From: Utricularia gibba
Taxonomy: Eukaryota; Plantae; Magnoliophyta
Reading direction: 5' to 3'
Length of the DNA stretch: 64,000 nucleotides
Assembly: GCA_002189035.1 (NCBI GenBank)
Contig: CM007990.1
Span: 5,580,001 to 5,644,000 of the forward strand
Both the position numbers and the translations under genes were made by a program. The notes under the pieces were generated by a model that was not told where the DNA came from, ran no database searches, and saw only the letters and a list, made by a program, of their open reading frames with translations. Within the stretch, counting starts at the first letter, position 1. Every line of letters begins with the position of its first letter. Below, in pieces: positions 61,944 through 64,000 of this stretch.

Positions 61944-64000
61944 ATGAGTTTGGAAAGTGAAACATTGAGGCCTCCTGGGATTGGTTCTGAGAAGCTAGAT
62001 GAAGCTTTAAAGTAATTAACTCGTTCAATAAACTATGTACTTTTTGCAATTTTTCACAACCTTTCCTACGAGTTTCAGGCTAATTGACTTCTTTGATGAC
62101 CTAGGAAGCCACGAAGATCGTTTACTCGGGAATTCCTCTTATCACTGAGTCATTTAGACGTGTGCAAGAAGTTGCCCAGTGATTTTGATGAATCACTTCT
62201 CTGGTAATGTTGGATTTAATTTCTTTGCTTATTTAAAGCTAGCTTCATGCGGTAGGTTATCTGTTGCAGCGAACTAGGGGAAGGTGTGCAAAGTTTGCAA
62301 GATCGACCAAGAGTTTCTGGAAGCCACCATTTTCAAGGCTTCAGAAGAAATGATCATGGATCATCACCACCTAATCGGTGGGATTCTGCTAAGTTCACTG
62401 CAGGAAGCTATGGGAAAACTGGGAGTCATTCTTCCGTTCAGAGTGATCGAGATAGTGACTCTCAGTCTGACCGTGATTCAGGTTGTTTGAGATTCACAAC
62501 TCTGTACTTTGTTGATCAAAGTGGTGTTCCTGAACTCATTTTTTATTAGCCTCCTCCTGTTAACCGTCTGTCTGATATTAAACGGTATATTACTCTGTTC
62601 CTGTGTAGAATCTGGAGGGCAAAGATGGCAATCTCGGCGATCCTGGCATGCCACTGAGCATGATGGCCTTCTAGGCAGTGGCACTTCTTCAAGACTTACT
62701 GGATATGTACCTGGGATGTCCGCTCCAAAAGGCAAAACAAATGACACCTATCTACTTAAGAAAAGCAATGAGCCTTATCAGCCTCCAAGGCCATACAAGG
62801 TTGCATAACCCCTCCAAGTATCCAAAACGTTGTTGGACTTAAATGTGCTTTTATCATGAAATGATGATGTTTATGACATTCATGCTTGCACATTTCTTCG
62901 TTCAGGCAGTACCCTATTCAAAAAAAGAAACAAATTGTAATGATGAAACTTTTGGTTCATCTGACTGCATTAGCGAGGATAGGGCAGAAGAGGAGAGGAT
63001 GAGACGAGGTATTGTTTGCATTATCATGAAATGTTTCTTCCCACAAACTATCTCATTAACTTAATACATCAAGCGATTCCTGTTTCAATGGCAGCCTCTT
63101 TCGAGCAAATGAGAAAGGAGCAGCAAAAGGCTCTTCAAGAGAAGCAAATGCCAACAGTTGACCATATTTTTGATGATGCTTCTGACATTTTTGTACATCA
63201 TGATAATAAAAAGCGGGATATAGACTCTTCCGCTTATAAAGATCAGTTTGCAGCGATGGGCGATCTATGGAATAATCCATCAGGAAAATTTCCTGATGTC
63301 GTATCCTCTCCGGTATACAGACCACGTGTTCCACCTGGTTTTAAGAACAGTATTACGGGGAGGACTCCTGAATCAAAATCCAACTCAATTCATGCTTTGT
63401 TTGAGGTATACTCCAATTTTCTTGCAATACCTTCTAGCACCAATATTTTTCCTAGGCCAAAATTTTTCTATTTCATTAGTTTATTTTTCTGTACTTTGCT
63501 TTTGCCTTCTATTGTTGTTACATTCGTGTTATGCTCATCCTTTGGTGAGCAAAGAACGAAGACCTTTATATTTGTTGATGATGTCATTAAATTTTCCAAT
63601 ATTTAATATTCACTCCTTAGACCTTATCATCTTTTAAGGAGGGAATTTCAACGGAAGAAGACACTCTGGAAAGTGATACCAGTTTTCTTTATAGTAACCC
63701 TGGTCTGGAACGTTCAACAGATCAAAAGTCAGAGGCAGGGAGTCAGTTGCCTCATGCTTCCAGTAGATCCTTAGGGGATCCTGGAATCCTTAAACTTAGT
63801 CCTCATGTATTGAATGAAAAATTAGTTGTCGACAGCTATAGTGGGGCTTCAAGTTTACATTTAGGCACTATGTTATGGGGCCCTGTCTCCACCGATAGGC
63901 ACGGTATTCCTAGGAGATCTGAGGTAGTTAAATTCTTTGGTCCTCTCCTCATGTTTGCTGTTTTGATCTGAAGATTGTCAGCAGTGATAAGGCTTTTGTT
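61944..64000 (+). CDS. CBE1: CBE1 (conserved binding of eIF4E 1)-like protein, 3' truncated by window edge
   Basis: KPRRSFTREFLLSLSHLDVCKKLPSDFDESLL, DSDSQSDRDS, EHDGLLGSG, NEPYQPPRPYKA, NDETFGS, RAEEERMRR, SFEQMRKEQQKALQEK match my recollection of the At4g01290/CBE1 family. Confidence 0.8.

Noticed and set aside
1-64000. Transposons, CRISPR arrays, rRNA/tRNA genes, organellar insertions, biosynthetic gene cluster
   Set aside because: No transposase or RT ORFs, LTRs, spaced repeat arrays or structural RNA signatures were seen, and the enzymes present belong to unrelated pathways.

Overview
Eukaryotic (eudicot, probably asterid) nuclear DNA that is very gene-dense: 21 spliced or intronless protein-coding genes in 64 kb, introns down to 63-66 nt, some stop-to-start or stop-to-stop gaps of about 200 bp, and no recognisable transposon, tRNA, rRNA or CRISPR. 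Gene order: D6PK-like AGC kinase (5' truncated), NSE3, VIL1/VRN5, FIL/YAB1, SAUR36-like, DUF641/GIL1-like, CRR4, LRR-RLK, MAP65, MSL10-like, HPR3/HPPR-like, F-box PP2-A, ANL2-like HD-ZIP IV, cNMP/acyl-CoA thioesterase II, BAM7, SPPL, STE24, RLK, NINJA, DUF2358, CBE1 (3' truncated). The compaction suggests a miniature genome such as Lentibulariaceae (Utricularia/Genlisea), but that is inference only. The strongest hidden pattern is 11 frameshifts in 10 genes, each repaired by adding one base to a G/C run. This is most likely long-read homopolymer compression, not biology. Signals that look biological: a nonsense codon cutting the VIL1 tail, catalytic-site decay in BAM7 (E380-equivalent to Q), a Tyr-to-Phe change in the CBE1 eIF4E-binding motif, a perfect 24-bp palindrome and a G-quadruplex motif upstream of ANL2, the HD-ZIP IV 3'UTR stem-loop, and a GC-AG intron. 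I found no convincing new multi-gene system. Homolog comparisons are from memory of the families, not from database searches.
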